DNA from: Balamuthia mandrillaris
Taxonomy: Eukaryota
Assembly: GCA_031835245.2 (NCBI GenBank)
Contig: JAVKOQ020000081.1
Coordinates: 1-64,000 of the forward strand
Direction: 5' to 3'
Length of the DNA stretch: 64,000 nucleotides
Of the stretch, positions 12,036 through 24,485 are shown in pieces. The notes under the pieces were generated by a model. The model was not told the DNA's origin, made no database searches, and saw nothing but the letters and a program-made list of their open reading frames with translations. A program made the position numbers and the translations under genes. Position 1 is the first letter of the stretch. Each line of letters opens with the position of its first letter.

Positions 12036-13787
12036 CTATCTTTTCTCCCCTGGGTCCTGTCCAAGCATTGTGTTATCATCAGTTGGCAGGGGCGAGAGAG
12101 AAGAAGAAGAGAACGAACAACGCGAGATGATGTACCGTTTCGAAAAAAAGTATTTACAAGAGGGCAGAACCATGTCCACAGAAGGAGCCTGGCTCAGTTC
12201 TTTCCAACTTAGGGAATGGGCCTTGGTAAAGTCAGCGTTATCCATGTAGGCTTCTTGCCCTTCGGAGCAGCGCCAGAGCACCCTTTCTTTGGTGCCAGAG
12301 GTAACACTCCGCAGAGCGGTGAGCTCTTTCACATGGAGGTTGCGTACATGGGTTGAAAACCTGGCTGATTTAGGCAGGAAATCGATTGGGCCATGTCCGT
12401 ATCCCTTCTTCACATTCTCCACACAACAGAGGGCGCAAATCCATAAGCTTGCACCGATCGTTATGGATAGAGGATGCTTGTGTTGAGATTCAGGTATGAG
12501 GTGGTAGACATCTTTCCAATACTTCGGTTTTACCTCTTCAGTGACCCTGTTATCTTTCGTTTTCAGCTTTTTCTTGTTTTTCTCTTGCATAACTTCCTCA
12601 TCTTCATCTGTGTCACTATCTGTCTGCTCGACTTCCTCCTCTGAGTCCACCTCATACGAACCGTCTGAGTCAAAGTCGCCATCACTGCCTCCGTCGCTAT
12701 CACCAACATATTCCCTGTGTTCTTCGAGTCGTTTTCTTACTTCTCTATTAGGATTGGGCACCTTGTCTTTCCCTTTGTCTACAGTCGGAGCAGGTTGTGT
12801 GGTTGATAGCTGGGAGTCTTTGTTAAAATCTTTCTCTGGTTTTGAGCGTTTGCGTATATTCTTGCTTAGGGTATTCCTTTCGCCATCAGTATGGCTGTTG
12901 TTACCTGAAGTAATAAGGGGCGGAGCAACAGTGGTAGATGTGACACTGGCTGACGTAGTGTTTGAGACCGACCCGATAAGTTGCTGGAGTGGCGTGCTTT
13001 GGCTTTGGTTATCGTTTTGGCCTTGATGCTGGTTGTGGGAAGCTGGCACGGATTGTAAGCTCGCAGAATTGGTTGGCAGCAATGGAGCAACAGGGGCGGC
13101 TGCTGCTGGCTGTGTTTGATAGTTAGGTTGAAGTTTGCGAAGCAAGTCCTGTCCACATCCGCCTGCATAACTAAACAATTGTGTATATCCCATTGTTGAA
13201 GCAGAAGAAGGTGACGAAGAAGAAGAGGAAGAAGACGAACGAGGAGAAGCTGAACAAGAAGAGGAAGGTATAGAGGATGCGGTGGCATGGCCATTAAGTT
13301 GGGGTGTAGAGCTCTTAGAAGTGGGCCAACATAAGCTTATATGCTTAAACTGCAACTCTGCTCTTACTTTGTCCACAAAGCCAAAAACGATGCCCACGTT
13401 TTGCAGAAATACGCCCATCCTGACGTAGGGGTTGCTCCCCGCATCGGTTTTGAAGAGGAAGCGAACGAGCACGTCTGTGGATAACAACACCTCCAGGGCA
13501 AGCTCTATAACGGCAAGCGTGCCCCTCTCCTCTTCGTAGTGGCTGAACACCTTTATGACTTCGTTCGGTATGTTTCCCTGTTGTATGATGTCCTCCTCAA
13601 AGTTGGTGATGATGACGGTCCGTCGCAGCGCCTCCGCACGCGAGTTAGACTGGTGGCCTGTGGCCGGCGCCACCTCCACGACACACCCGGCCGGGTGCTG
13701 TTTGGTCATGTTGCCCTCCAGCGCCCATTGCCTGGCAAGCATGGTGCAAAGCAGTAATATCTCTTGCTCCACGGAGTCTGCTTCCAT
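12036..13787 (-). CDS. Uncharacterised protein: helical N-terminal domain, S/Q/T-rich linker, acidic tract, C-terminal CxxC...HxxxxH zinc-finger-like motif
   Basis: Long uninterrupted ORF from MEADSVEQE containing WICALCCVENV...FSTHVRNLH. The 3' end may be spliced (donor near 12158). Confidence 0.6.
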   Translation of the reverse strand: MEADSVEQEILLLCTMLARQWALEGNMTKQHPAGCVVEVAPATGHQSNSRAEALRRTVIITNFEEDIIQQGNIPNEVIKVFSHYEEERGTLAVIELALEVLLSTDVLVRFLFKTDAGSNPYVRMGVFLQNVGIVFGFVDKVRAELQFKHISLCWPTSKSSTPQLNGHATASSIPSSSCSASPRSSSSSSSSSPSSASTMGYTQLFSYAGGCGQDLLRKLQPNYQTQPAAAAPVAPLLPTNSASLQSVPASHNQHQGQNDNQSQSTPLQQLIGSVSNTTSASVTSTTVAPPLITSGNNSHTDGERNTLSKNIRKRSKPEKDFNKDSQLSTTQPAPTVDKGKDKVPNPNREVRKRLEEHREYVGDSDGGSDGDFDSDGSYEVDSEEEVEQTDSDTDEDEEVMQEKNKKKLKTKDNRVTEEVKPKYWKDVYHLIPESQHKHPLSITIGASLWICALCCVENVKKGYGHGPIDFLPKSARFSTHVRNLHVKELTALRSVTSGTKERVLWRCSEGQEAYMDNADFTKAHSLSWKELSQAPSVDMVLPSCKYFFSKRYIISRCSFSSSSLSPLPTDDNTMLGQDPGEKR

Positions 13788-14381
13788 AGCGTGGCGGTCG
13801 CGTGCGCTTGCGCTTCCCTCTGAGGGTGTCGCCTTGCTTTGCAGGGACCTTCTGCTGTGCGGTTTGTAAATGGCCCCCAGGCAACAGGGGTGGTGTGGGG
13901 CCTCGCCGCGCTGGCGCTCGAGGGTCATCTTCGGGACTCGCCGCCTTTGCATCGACTCGGAGTGGTTGTACACGACACTTGGCCTCCCTCCCCCCCCCCA
14001 CCCACCCCTTTGTACACAACCCTTCATCTCAGGGTGCATCGTGGGAGGTGAGGCCTTGCTTGCTTTTTTTTGTTTGTACGGGTGTTTCCAATTCGTGTAA
14101 TTTGAGAGGGGCTAGGCCAAGTTGCCGATGGAGTGGGAGCTTTGCTGCGTTGCCGAGCTGCTGCATGGGTTTAATTTGTGGAACACGCCAAGCAAAGGTT
14201 GAAGAAAGCCAGAACGGCGGCCTTTTCCATGAACCGCTCTCGGTCGCCACCCTTGAAAAGCAAAAGGTCTTGGGTCCGAAGCCCCCCTCTTCTGGGTTTT
14301 TTGTTTTGTTCACGCCCCGCTTGTTGACCGTCCGCGGAGGAACAGCACACAACACAATCGCACCTCAGCCGAAGGAAAGGA

Positions 14382-16116
14382 ATGGATCTCAAAAGTGCGC
14401 TGCAAGCAAAGCTAGCGTCGCGACAGCACAACGACGGCAAGGTTGACCAACACGCCGCAGCGAAAGCTGGGAAACCCGAACAGAAGTATCCTGTCAACTT
14501 GTACGCTGTCGGGAGAGGGGTATATGGCCGCTTAGCCCAAGGTTTGTGGGCCTTTTTGTTTGTTCCTCCTCAGCGGCAGTAGAGATCACCTGACCCTGCG
14601 CATCTTTAAGGGGATGAGCAGTCGCACAGTCGCTTCGTGAAAGGGTTCGCTTCACAGCCAAACGTCGAGTTTGGACAGCTGGCCTGTGGTGCTGGTCACG
14701 TCTTGGTTATTACCGCTGTCTCTGCCAACTTGACCGAAGAGACGGAAGAAGGAGCAGAAGATAAAGGGGCAAAGCTACAACAGGAGGAGGGTTTGCTCTA
14801 CAGTTGGGGTAAGTGCCATTTTGGCCAGTTGGGACTCGGTCAGGAGGATGAGGACCGGCACCTGCCCACTCCAGTCATCGTTAGGGACTCAGCTGGACAC
14901 ACTGTTCGCTTCAAACAGGTGGCCTGCGGCGACTCCTTTTCGCTCGCCATCTCTGGTTGGCCTCCGTCCCTTTCTTTCGCTTCTCCCTTTTGTTCTTCTT
15001 TCCATTTGTTATGCTCGGCTCACGTTTGATGTTCTTACATTTGATGATACTGGTTTGCGCCCACTCCCTGACGATATAGAACATGGCGAGCTCTATTCCT
15101 GGTACGTTTGTTATAACCATCTCCTTAGCGCCCTTCTTTCTCACGCCCATGTTGCGTGTAGGGGATGCGGCTACTACGGCCCATTAGGACATGGCGAACA
15201 GACTTCGTATTCGCAGCCCAAGCTAGTTGAGGCCCTTTGCGGCAAAACAGTTGTGGCGGTGACCGGCGGCGCGTTCCACACCATAGCATTACTGGGTTTG
15301 CTTGCTTTTCTGTCGTGACTGCAATGAGCTCTCCTCATCCTTCTCACATCGCACCTACACAACCGCAACAAACCCAAACAGCGGATGGAACGGTCTACGC
15401 ATTTGGGAGGAACGAGCGAGGCCAATTGGGGTTGGGGGACACCCTCAACAGAAATGTACCAACGCCAGTTCCTGATTTGAGGAACGTTGCAGCGGTGGCT
15501 GCTGGACATGCTCACAGCCTTTGTGTCACAACGAACGGGAAGGTCTATGCATGGGGCTCTAATGAGTATCACCAGCTAGGACTATCGGACCAGGAGCAAG
15601 ATGTTCTCATCCCTGTCGAGGTACCTCTCCCTGCTGATGCTCGGTTTGTAAACTGCAAAGCTGGAAAAATATTCAGCCTGCTTCTTGATGGTAAGGTTCC
15701 TTTTCTTCGATGTGCTTTGTTGTTTGCTGAGTTTTCTCCATTAATACAGACGATGGCGGTGTGTATTCAACAGGCTACTTGCACAATTTTGCCAAGGAGC
15801 CTCATACGAAGAAAATAGTGGCTATCGCGTGCGGAGAGACTCATAAAATGGCCATCAGCGGTTCTTATCTTTCTTATTTTAGGGAAAGGAGTAGTCTCTT
15901 GGTCATCTAACGCTGCGCCTTGTGTTTTCAACGCTAGAAAAGGGGTCATTGTACACATGGGGCGACGCTAGTTTTGGAAAGCTAGGCCGCACAATTGGCT
16001 CATCGGCGGACTCGCTGCAACACGGGCGGGTGAATGACCTCCATAAGCAAGGCGTGCGGGTTGTTGCCGTTGCTGGAGGCGCTAACCACACCCTCTGTCT
16101 CGTTGCGCCATCCTAA
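14382..16116 (+). CDS. RCC1-repeat (RLD beta-propeller) protein
   Basis: Repeated LYSWGxxxxGQLGLG...VACGxxHSL units across exons. Confidence 0.92.
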
Positions 16117-16553
16117 AACCAACAACTCCACCTCGTGTGAGATGAATTGTACATCATGATCGTAAACCTGTTGTGCCTTGCTCTTGGCAATCTTCTTGAG
16201 AGAAATGCAAGAGAGAGAGAGAGAAGCGAAAGAAGAGGATAAGAGATAGTCTAGTACTAAAGGAGAAGAGAGAGGAACAGGTCGACAAAAACAACGAGAT
16301 CACAGCACCCCTCATGGTGGCACTGAAAAAGGATGGGCCAAGACCCCTCGCGTGCTTACCTTTACCCCTAAAAAAAGGCAGAAAAGAAAACAAAGAAAAA
16401 AGTGCGCAAAAAAACACAACCACGAGCAACCAAATTTGAGAGAAGACCGGGCTTCTCCTTCCTGCATTTGGTGGTTGTCCTTTTTGTCACCACTTTTTTT
16501 TTTCTCCCTTTCTTTCTTAAAGTGCACAGAGGAGGAGGAGGAGCAGCGGGAGG

Positions 16554-17221
16554 ATGAAAGAAACAAAGCTCATTTGGACGGTGGTGGTCGCCGTCGTTCT
16601 CTTTTCGTTCATTGGGATCGCCTACTTCCCGTTCTCTCCTGCCAAATGGGCTCATGAGCACAGCGTGCGTTTTTGTTTTTGTTTTTTATTTGTTTTTTAT
16701 TTATTTTATTTGTGTCTTTGGAGGAACAAAAACAACTCCTTACACCTCCAATCTGTTATTATGTCCTTCATTTCTTGCCCACCGTTTCTTACTTTCTTCC
16801 TTCAACAGTATGACAAACAAGAAAAGGTGACGCTGTACGTGAACAAGGTGGGACCCTTCCGGAACCCCCAAGAGACCTATAGCTACTACAGCCTTCCCTT
16901 CTGTCCACCCGATAAGATAGTCGAGTCTAAAACTGAGGGTCTTGGCGAGGCTCTCCTCGGCTATGAACTTATTGAAAGCAGAATTATCATTCGTTTTAGA
17001 GGTAACCTCTTTTGTTGTCTTGTTACTCTTTTCTTCTTTCTCTTTCTTGCTCTCTTTCTGTTGCTAAAACTTCTTTTGTACAAAACCAATGAATAGAGGA
17101 CATGCCCAGAGCAAAGATATGTGCAAGAACGCTCAACAAACAACAAGCCAAGTCATTTAAGAACGCTATCTTCCAGCATTACTGGTACCAACTTTTTTTA
17201 GGTACCGTTCTTTTCTTATCA

Positions 17222-17266
<45 letters not shown>

Positions 17267-19030
17267 TCCCTCCTCCATATGCCGCTTTGCTTGCCACACA
17301 TTATGTTACTATGATGAGAAAATGCTCCCTCTTCTGAAGCATTGCTACGGAAGAAGAACAGCAAACCGGAATCACTATTTTTTCTGAATGTGGCCTCTCT
17401 CTCTTCCCTCTGTCTTGTCGTTTCTTTCTCTCTTGGTGTTTTGTCGCTGATCTAACAATCCTTTGTTAATGAACATAAGATGATCTGCCCATTTGGGGAA
17501 TGGTTGGAGAGTATTTGGAGGATGATACCTCTCCTCAAGCCTTTATCTACACGCACAAGAGCTTTTCCATTTCCTGGAATGAAAACAGGGTGAGCATACC
17601 TTTATCTTCTGAACAATTGCAAGTGGAATTATACTCACTGTTTATATCTCATTAAAAGGTCATTGAGGTTAATCTTACTTCCGAACAACCTAAAGCTGTA
17701 GAGGAAGGAATGGAGCTGGAGTTCACCTACTCTGTAGAGTGGCATCACACCGACACTCCTTTTGAGGATCGCTTCAGGAAGTACCTCGACAGAAGCTTTT
17801 TCGAGCACAAGGTGTGTTATATCTCCTCTTTCTTTTGTACCAACCACGCATTAACTTTGTCGTAATTTTTGTTTTTTCCGGCAGATTCACTGGTTTTCCA
17901 TCTTCAACTCTTTCATGATGGTAATATTCCTGGTGGGTTTGGTCTCCATCATTCTTATGCGGACGCTGCGGAAGGACTATGCCCGCTTCGGCATCAAAGA
18001 CGACGAGGACGGTCAAGACGATGATATAAGCGACGAATCTGGTTGGAAGCAGGTTCACGGCGACGTGTTCCGCGCCCCTTCACGCCTCATCCTGTTTTCC
18101 TCCCTGGTGGGCACCGGCCACCAGTTGGTGATCCTCGTCTTGTCCGTGCTGTTCCTGGCTACGGTTGGAACATATTATGCCCGTCGTGGCACCGTTGTCA
18201 CCGCGGCCATCGTTTGCTATGCCTTCACTTCGTTTGTGGCTGGATACAGCAGCGGCGGATACTATGCACGCAATAATGGTAAGCACTGGATCAAGACCAT
18301 GCTTTGCACTGCTTCTCTTTTCCCAGGCCTCTGCTTTGTCATTGCGTTGGGTTTGAACTTCATCGCCCTCTCTTATGAGTCTCTCAACTACATTCCTTTC
18401 GGCTCTATGGTCAGTTCCTCCTCTATCAAAGTCCGCATTTCAACACACCACATACAAACTAAATTTCCATCTTTTATGATAATAGGTGGCTGTGCTTTCT
18501 ATCTGGATATTTATTGCCTTCCCATTGACGCTGGTTGGCACTGTCATTGGTAAGAACTGGAATGGGGACAACAACGCGCCATGCCGTGTTAACCAAGTCC
18601 CTCGGCAAATTCCTGAAAAGAAGTGGTACCTGCAACCATGGGTGCATGTTGCCCTCGGCGGTGTTCTTCCTTTCGGCAGCATCTTCATAGAGATGTACTT
18701 CATCTTCACTTCCTTCTACAAATACTACTATGTCTATGGCTTTATGTGCCTGGTCTTCGTCATCCTGATCATAGTGACTGTGTGCGTGACGATTGTATCC
18801 ACTTATTTCCTGCTCAACTCTGAAGACTATCGTTGGCAATGGACCAGCTTCCTTTCCGCAGCCTCCACTGCCGGATATGTCTACCTCTATGCCATCTACT
18901 ACTTCCTCGTGAAGACCAAGATGTCTGGTTTCTTCCAAACTGCCTTCTACTTTGGCTACATGGCCATGTTCTGCCTCGGCCTTGCTATTCTTTGTGGTAC
19001 CTATCATTTCTTCTTCCTCCCCCTTTTTCC

Positions 19031-19075
<45 letters not shown>

Positions 19076-19165
19076 TAACCACATTCAAAAAAAAAAGGTG
19101 CTATCGGTTTTATCGGCACATCCATCTTCGTTAGAAAGATTTACGGTATGATCAAAATAGATTAA
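16554..19165 (+). CDS. TM9SF: Transmembrane 9 superfamily (nonaspanin/EMP70) protein
   Basis: [70 protein letters not shown] and [10 protein letters not shown] motifs; ends IKID* (KxD/E Golgi-retention motif). Confidence 0.95.
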
Positions 19166-19300
19166 GTGGTCATCTGCCTGTGCCATCCTTTTTTTCCCTC
19201 TCCCATGCTTCCTGGTTTTTTGTTTTGTTTGTGAAAAAAATTGAACGTTTTCATCAATGAAACCTGCACATGATTTGCAATCTTTATTTTAGGAAGGCCA

Positions 19301-20486
19301 TCAGTTAGCAGAGAAAAGCTCTCGTAAAAGTTTGATGGTGTCATCTGGACTGGTGACGGTGTGCCCAATTGTCCTCTCATGCATAAATATTTCATAGTCG
19401 TTGCCGCCCTGTTGTTCGCCTCACTTTAGTACAAAGCAGCGACAGAAAGAGAAAGAGAGAGACATACCGGCATAGTCTTGTCACCAAAGAAATGAATTTC
19501 GTCAAAGTCTTGCAAGTAACGCAGGCAATAGGTCTTGTTCCATCCTTCTGGGAACACATCAAAGCTGATCTGACCACCAATGGAAAACTGAAGACCAAAT
19601 CCGCTAAAGTGTTCTCTCAACTGCTTCACCATGTTTTCCCTGATGTTGTGCTCCTTTTTATGTTTATGGTGAGCAACAGGGAAGTGAAAAAGAGAACAAT
19701 GAGAATGGAAGAACCTTGTCATACTGCTCAAAGGCCTCCCGTTCCTCTTGCGAGCAGTTACGACCAATGGGAGAAACATTGAACATTCCCTTACGGAATT
19801 CAATGAAAGTGCCTCTGCATTACCAGAGAGTGAAGCGAGAAGAGAGAGGAGAGAGAGAGAAAGGAAGCAAGTTCAATTGATGAACGCTAGCAATAAACCA
19901 GAAGCTGGATCAAACAAACCTCATGACAGGAATATCTTGATCAGCGATCAAGCGAAGAGTGTATTTTACGAACTCCTTCACTTTCTCTTCACCCAGGTAA
20001 CTCTTCAGGCTCTATTACACAAGCAAGTTAACCAACAAAACCAGTAGCAAATAACAAATAAGAATAATCAAAGCAAACCTCCTCGCCCAAGCGTTCACCA
20101 TCCTGGAAGGCATCAAGTCCGTTCTCCGAGAAGACATAGTCAAAAAGCTTCAACACTGCAGCCAGCAAGAAAGATATGTCAGAAACGAATAGAATAACAT
20201 TTTTGTTGCTGTGCATGCATTGTACCATCAGGGCCTATCTGTTCTTCTTGCTTCTTCAAGTCAGAACCACCAACAATGGCAATAGGCACACGCTTTCTTA
20301 GCTCAGCCAGCGCTGCCAACATCTGCGGACTGATTTGCTGAAAAAACGCTTTCATTTAGGAGGGAGGGAGAGAGAGAGGGAGAGAGAGGGGGAGAGAGAG
20401 AGCAAGAACACTAAAATTCTACAAACCCCCCTGGGCTTTGTGAGCGTTCCATCCACATCAAAAAGGGCCAACACTTTCTTCGACAT
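19301..20486 (-). CDS. PMM: Phosphomannomutase (HAD family, PMM2/Sec53)
   Basis: [56 protein letters not shown] and GGNDYEIF motifs. Confidence 0.95.
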
Positions 20487-20559
20487 GATCTGTTTTTGTC
20501 GGTCGATGGACAAGGTTGTTCTCTTCTGCTTCTTTCCTTTTTGTCAATTTTTTCCCATC

Positions 20560-20608
20560 CACGTCAGCGCCTTGCGTTACACGTCAGCCATTCCATGTCC
20601 ACGTCAGC
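20560..20608. promoter_or_regulatory. Three CACGTCAGC bZIP-type (CRE/UPRE-like) sites at 20-bp period upstream of PMM
   Basis: CACGTCAGC at 20560, 20580 and 20600; further copies at 20785 and 30059. Confidence 0.6.
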
Positions 20609-20943
20609 AAGCCCTCCGAAACCGACCCTGTTTTTTTTTTAAAACTCCGTTAAACAAAAGAGAGAGAGAGAGAGAGAGAGAGAAACGAAGCGCACGTACC
20701 GGAACCGCTCTGAATGACCTCGCCGTTCGCCAAAACGCCGTCAAAGTATTCCTCAGCAAAAGGCGCACTGCCCGGCCGCACTCACACGTCAGCACATTTC
20801 CCCTGGCGCTCCCTGGGGCCTCTAAAGCTAGGGGGCTCTAGTCGGAACTACTGCGTTATTTTGGATTTGTTTGCTTGTTGACACAAAAGTAGGGAAAAGC
20901 AAGGGAGAGTAGAGGGGTCGGCCTTTGTTATTTTTATTTTTGT

Positions 20944-21600
20944 TTATGTGGTGATGGGAGTTCTACAGCTGGCGCAGGACTTGTTTTGGAGGAGCCACTG
21001 ATCCACGCAGGAGGCATGGAAGTGATGGCGGCAGGGCAAGAAGCGAATCTCCTCCCCGTGCTCATAGTCGCAAAGGCAAATGGCACACATCCTGCTCTGC
21101 TCCTCTATGTTGCCAAAGTATTCCTCAAACTTTTGGCGCTCTTTGTGGTCATGGTTGTTGCTTTGCTCGCCGTTGTGCTTGCAGAACTTAACTTTGTTGG
21201 AGTTACGTTCGATCTGACCTTGAGAGGCGCCCTTCACTACCCCAAAGAATTGAGGCCGCATTTGGTAGATTGCCACGATGAGGCCGCATGTACAGAAGCA
21301 ACAGCACACAACGAGCCCCATGCTGGTTAGATGGAGCGCCATCAATACTACACAGGTTATCCATAGCACTGGCGCCTTGTCTTTCTGTTAACGAAAAGAA
21401 TGAAGAATGAGAACCAAGCCAAAAGATATGATTAAAAGGCAGGAAGAAGAGAGATGTACGCAATCAGTATCGGCAAAGGTCCAAGAGCAACCCACTATGA
21501 ACCATATAAACCAAAACATGTTCAATAACCGGTTGAACGAATAAGCTGTCACCAATGTGCCTCTTTTACAAAATAAAGTTAAATTACACGCTACGATTGC

Positions 21601-21641
<41 letters not shown>

Positions 21642-22257
21642 GTTCTGCACCTCTCTTCATTAAAAACGTTGGATACTAACCTGGGAACATTGGGGTGGCG
21701 GTGCAGAGAGTCGAGGTTGAGAGAGCCACCAAATTTACAATGGATGAGTAGAGTGAGCGCCGCTTGTGCCACAACAATACAAATCTCAACGGAGGCCCAA
21801 GCACGCAGCGGCTTCTCGCAGGTATTGCTGCCATTTACCGACAGAGCTGTAACAAGAGCCACCACTACCGCCGTCAAGCTGCTCAACATAAAGCACAAGT
21901 AGCTCCTATTAACAGTCAGCATCTTCATATTTGTTTTACGAGATAAATAACGTTGCAGTAACAGTACCAGTAGCAACCTGAAAGTACTCTGCGAGTGCTT
22001 GGGCTAAGGTCCGGTATTCCCACTGCTTGCTGGTCCTCCTGTAGTGGCTGGTCCCCGCTGGTGGTTGTGCTGCTATCAGCTGTCATGTGTGCTTCCTCGC
22101 CGCCTTCTTCGTCTTCTTCAGCCCATAGAGAAGGCGGGCTTAGGTGCTGCAGCAGACGGGCAAGGTCGCCATCCTCACCATCTCTTTGAAAAGCTCCTTC
22201 AGGCCGTCGCCCTTCCTCCAGGTCCACAAAATTGTTGTGGTGGTTGGCGGCTTCCAT
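20944..22257 (-). CDS. Multi-pass membrane RING-H2 E3 ubiquitin ligase
   Basis: C-terminal [42 protein letters not shown]; upstream transmembrane segments with CEKPLRAW and WFIVGCSW. Confidence 0.9.
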
Positions 22258-22791
22258 CGTAGCTCCTTCCTTGCTGCTACTGCCACCACCACCACCACTC
22301 CCTCCCTTCCCCTCGTCTGACCAAAACAAAAACAAAAACAAAAAGTGACAACGTAGCGCTGCTACGTTTATATTTTTTATTCCTTTGGAACAGCTTTCTT
22401 CTTTGTGCGATGTTGTTCCGGTGTCTCTTTTGTCACTTCCGTGTTCGGTTGGAAACATGGGAGTGGCCAATGGCCTTTCGTGCTGGGATGTCCGCAGATA
22501 GACTCACCAATCGAAAATCAACGAGCTCTGTCCTAACCTTTCTGCCCCTCAGCTTACCTTTTCGCAATGGCAATTCTTTTTTTCATTGCTCTTTCTGACG
22601 CAGCACCTGCGGCGTGTGCGAGCGGGAGGACTTGGGTCCGCTACTGTCTTAACAACAGTCGGCGGATAAAGCAACAACCTTTGTTTTTTAAAAAACAGTT
22701 TTAGTCACAATACACACATTTCCCAAAAACCTTGTTACTGCTCTGCTTATACCAATACCTCGATCTCAAAGAGAAGAAGGAGGAGCGACAG

Positions 22792-24319
22792 ATGGAGGGA
22801 CTGCCGGATGAGTTAGTCTTGCACATATTTCAGTTTTTGCCGGTGGCTGTTGTGCTCAAGCGATGTGCTCTCGTGAGTCAACGGTGGAGGCAGCTCGCTC
22901 AAGATGAAGCCCTTCCTCGCCCCTTCCTTTTGCAGAAGCTGCCAGCAAACTTGAAGGAAGCTTTGGACGAGCAGCTGCACTTTTTCGAGGTGTACCACTA
23001 CCTCGCGCCAGATCAACCTCCCGTACCTTCTGGTTGGATCACGCTCTCTTTTTATTCGCTGTTGCACAAAGATTACTCACCTCATACTCAAAAAAAAGTA
23101 CCTGGCTCAGAAGGCAAATTGCCATGGAAGTACCTGTATGGGAGACGCACGCTGTGGTTTCCAGTGTTCAAGTTGTTTGGCAAGGAGAGTGGTCGCCTTC
23201 GTCCCTCTCAACGAACTCGGTTTGAAAAGCTGTGCGCCATCGTGTTGTCCTTTCTGCTTCGGACCTCTGCTAGTGACAGGTCTCGCCTTCTTTCCGCTTC
23301 ATCATTCTCGTTCTTCTCTTCGTCGTCCTCTTCTCTTTGCTCCAACTTCCTTTGATTTGCCTTGGCTGACAGCCAACATCACAGTGGAGGAGAATTGTTG
23401 TACATTCGGCACAAACATGGGAAGTGTTCCCAACTTGCTGTTTGCGAGCAACTCTTCCATTTGACCAAGACCTTGGCCAGAGTGTTCAGAACGCAGTGCC
23501 TGGCCAGCCTGTCCACTGAAGACCAGTTATGGAAGGCTTTTGTCATTACTTTGCAACAGTTGCCATTCTCGGAGCATCGTAACAGTCGCGTCCTTGTCCA
23601 ACCGAGTGATGCTGTAGGCAATTCTTGTTATGGCTTGCCCTATCCTGACCAGGAAACTATCAGATGGCACCTTAGCAAACTCAGGTGTGTTTTGCAACAA
23701 CCCATATTATTCTTACGTTTGCTTCCAACGGACTTAACTGACTTGTTTTCTTCTTCTGCTTTTCACTTTATCTGCCCCATTTTTGTTTGTAAGGGAGCGT
23801 TTTACCAACAGACGGGTAACAGTACTAAAGCCAGGTGTTCCGCGTGGCTTCGATGTAGTCTTTACCAACCAATCGGCAGTACGCAGTTGGGTGGGTAGTC
23901 CAGTGCCAGCCATCCAGAAGGGAACGCTTTGCTCCAAGCCGCAATGGCAACTGCTGCAGGACGCGTGGAAGGCCTCCGATGTACTGTTGAAAGAGGGCAT
24001 GGCGCTCCTATTTGTAGACCTTTGGAGAAATCTACATTGCCCACAAGAAGAAGTGAAGACGGTGGTCATTCTTCTGGACTTTGGTGGCGCTGCGCAGTCA
24101 CAACAATCGACAGCAGGACCGTTGTCAGAAGAGTCTGACCTAGTTCAGTATGTGTGGCGGACTCTAGCTAACCGGACCGTGCCTCCCCCTCCCCCAACGT
24201 ACCCTTCCGATAGCGACGACTACGACGACTACGACGACGATGACGATGACGATGGCGGTGATGATTACGATGCTAGCGACGTTTGGAATGGCGTAGATGA
24301 TACCGATGAAGACCCATAA
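22792..24319 (+). CDS. F-box protein with acidic C-terminal tail
   Basis: MEGLPDELVLHIFQFLPVAVVLKRCALVSQRWRQLAQDEAL is an F-box; ORFs are joined by GT-AG introns. Confidence 0.8.
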
Positions 24320-24485
24320 CAACGGCACTAAACAAATTCTCCGTTCGGCGGGGTGTCGGCAAGAAATTAAATAAATGCAGACATCGTCGACAATAAATAA
24401 AAAGAAGAATTTCCTCAGAAAAGGAAAAAAAGAAAGAAAAAAAGAGTAGCGGAAGAAGACACCACACACACACACACACAGAGCC

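Noticed and set aside
20560..20608. CRISPR-like repeat-spacer pattern
   Set aside because: 9-bp repeats with 11-bp spacers, eukaryotic context and no cas genes; better explained as transcription-factor sites.
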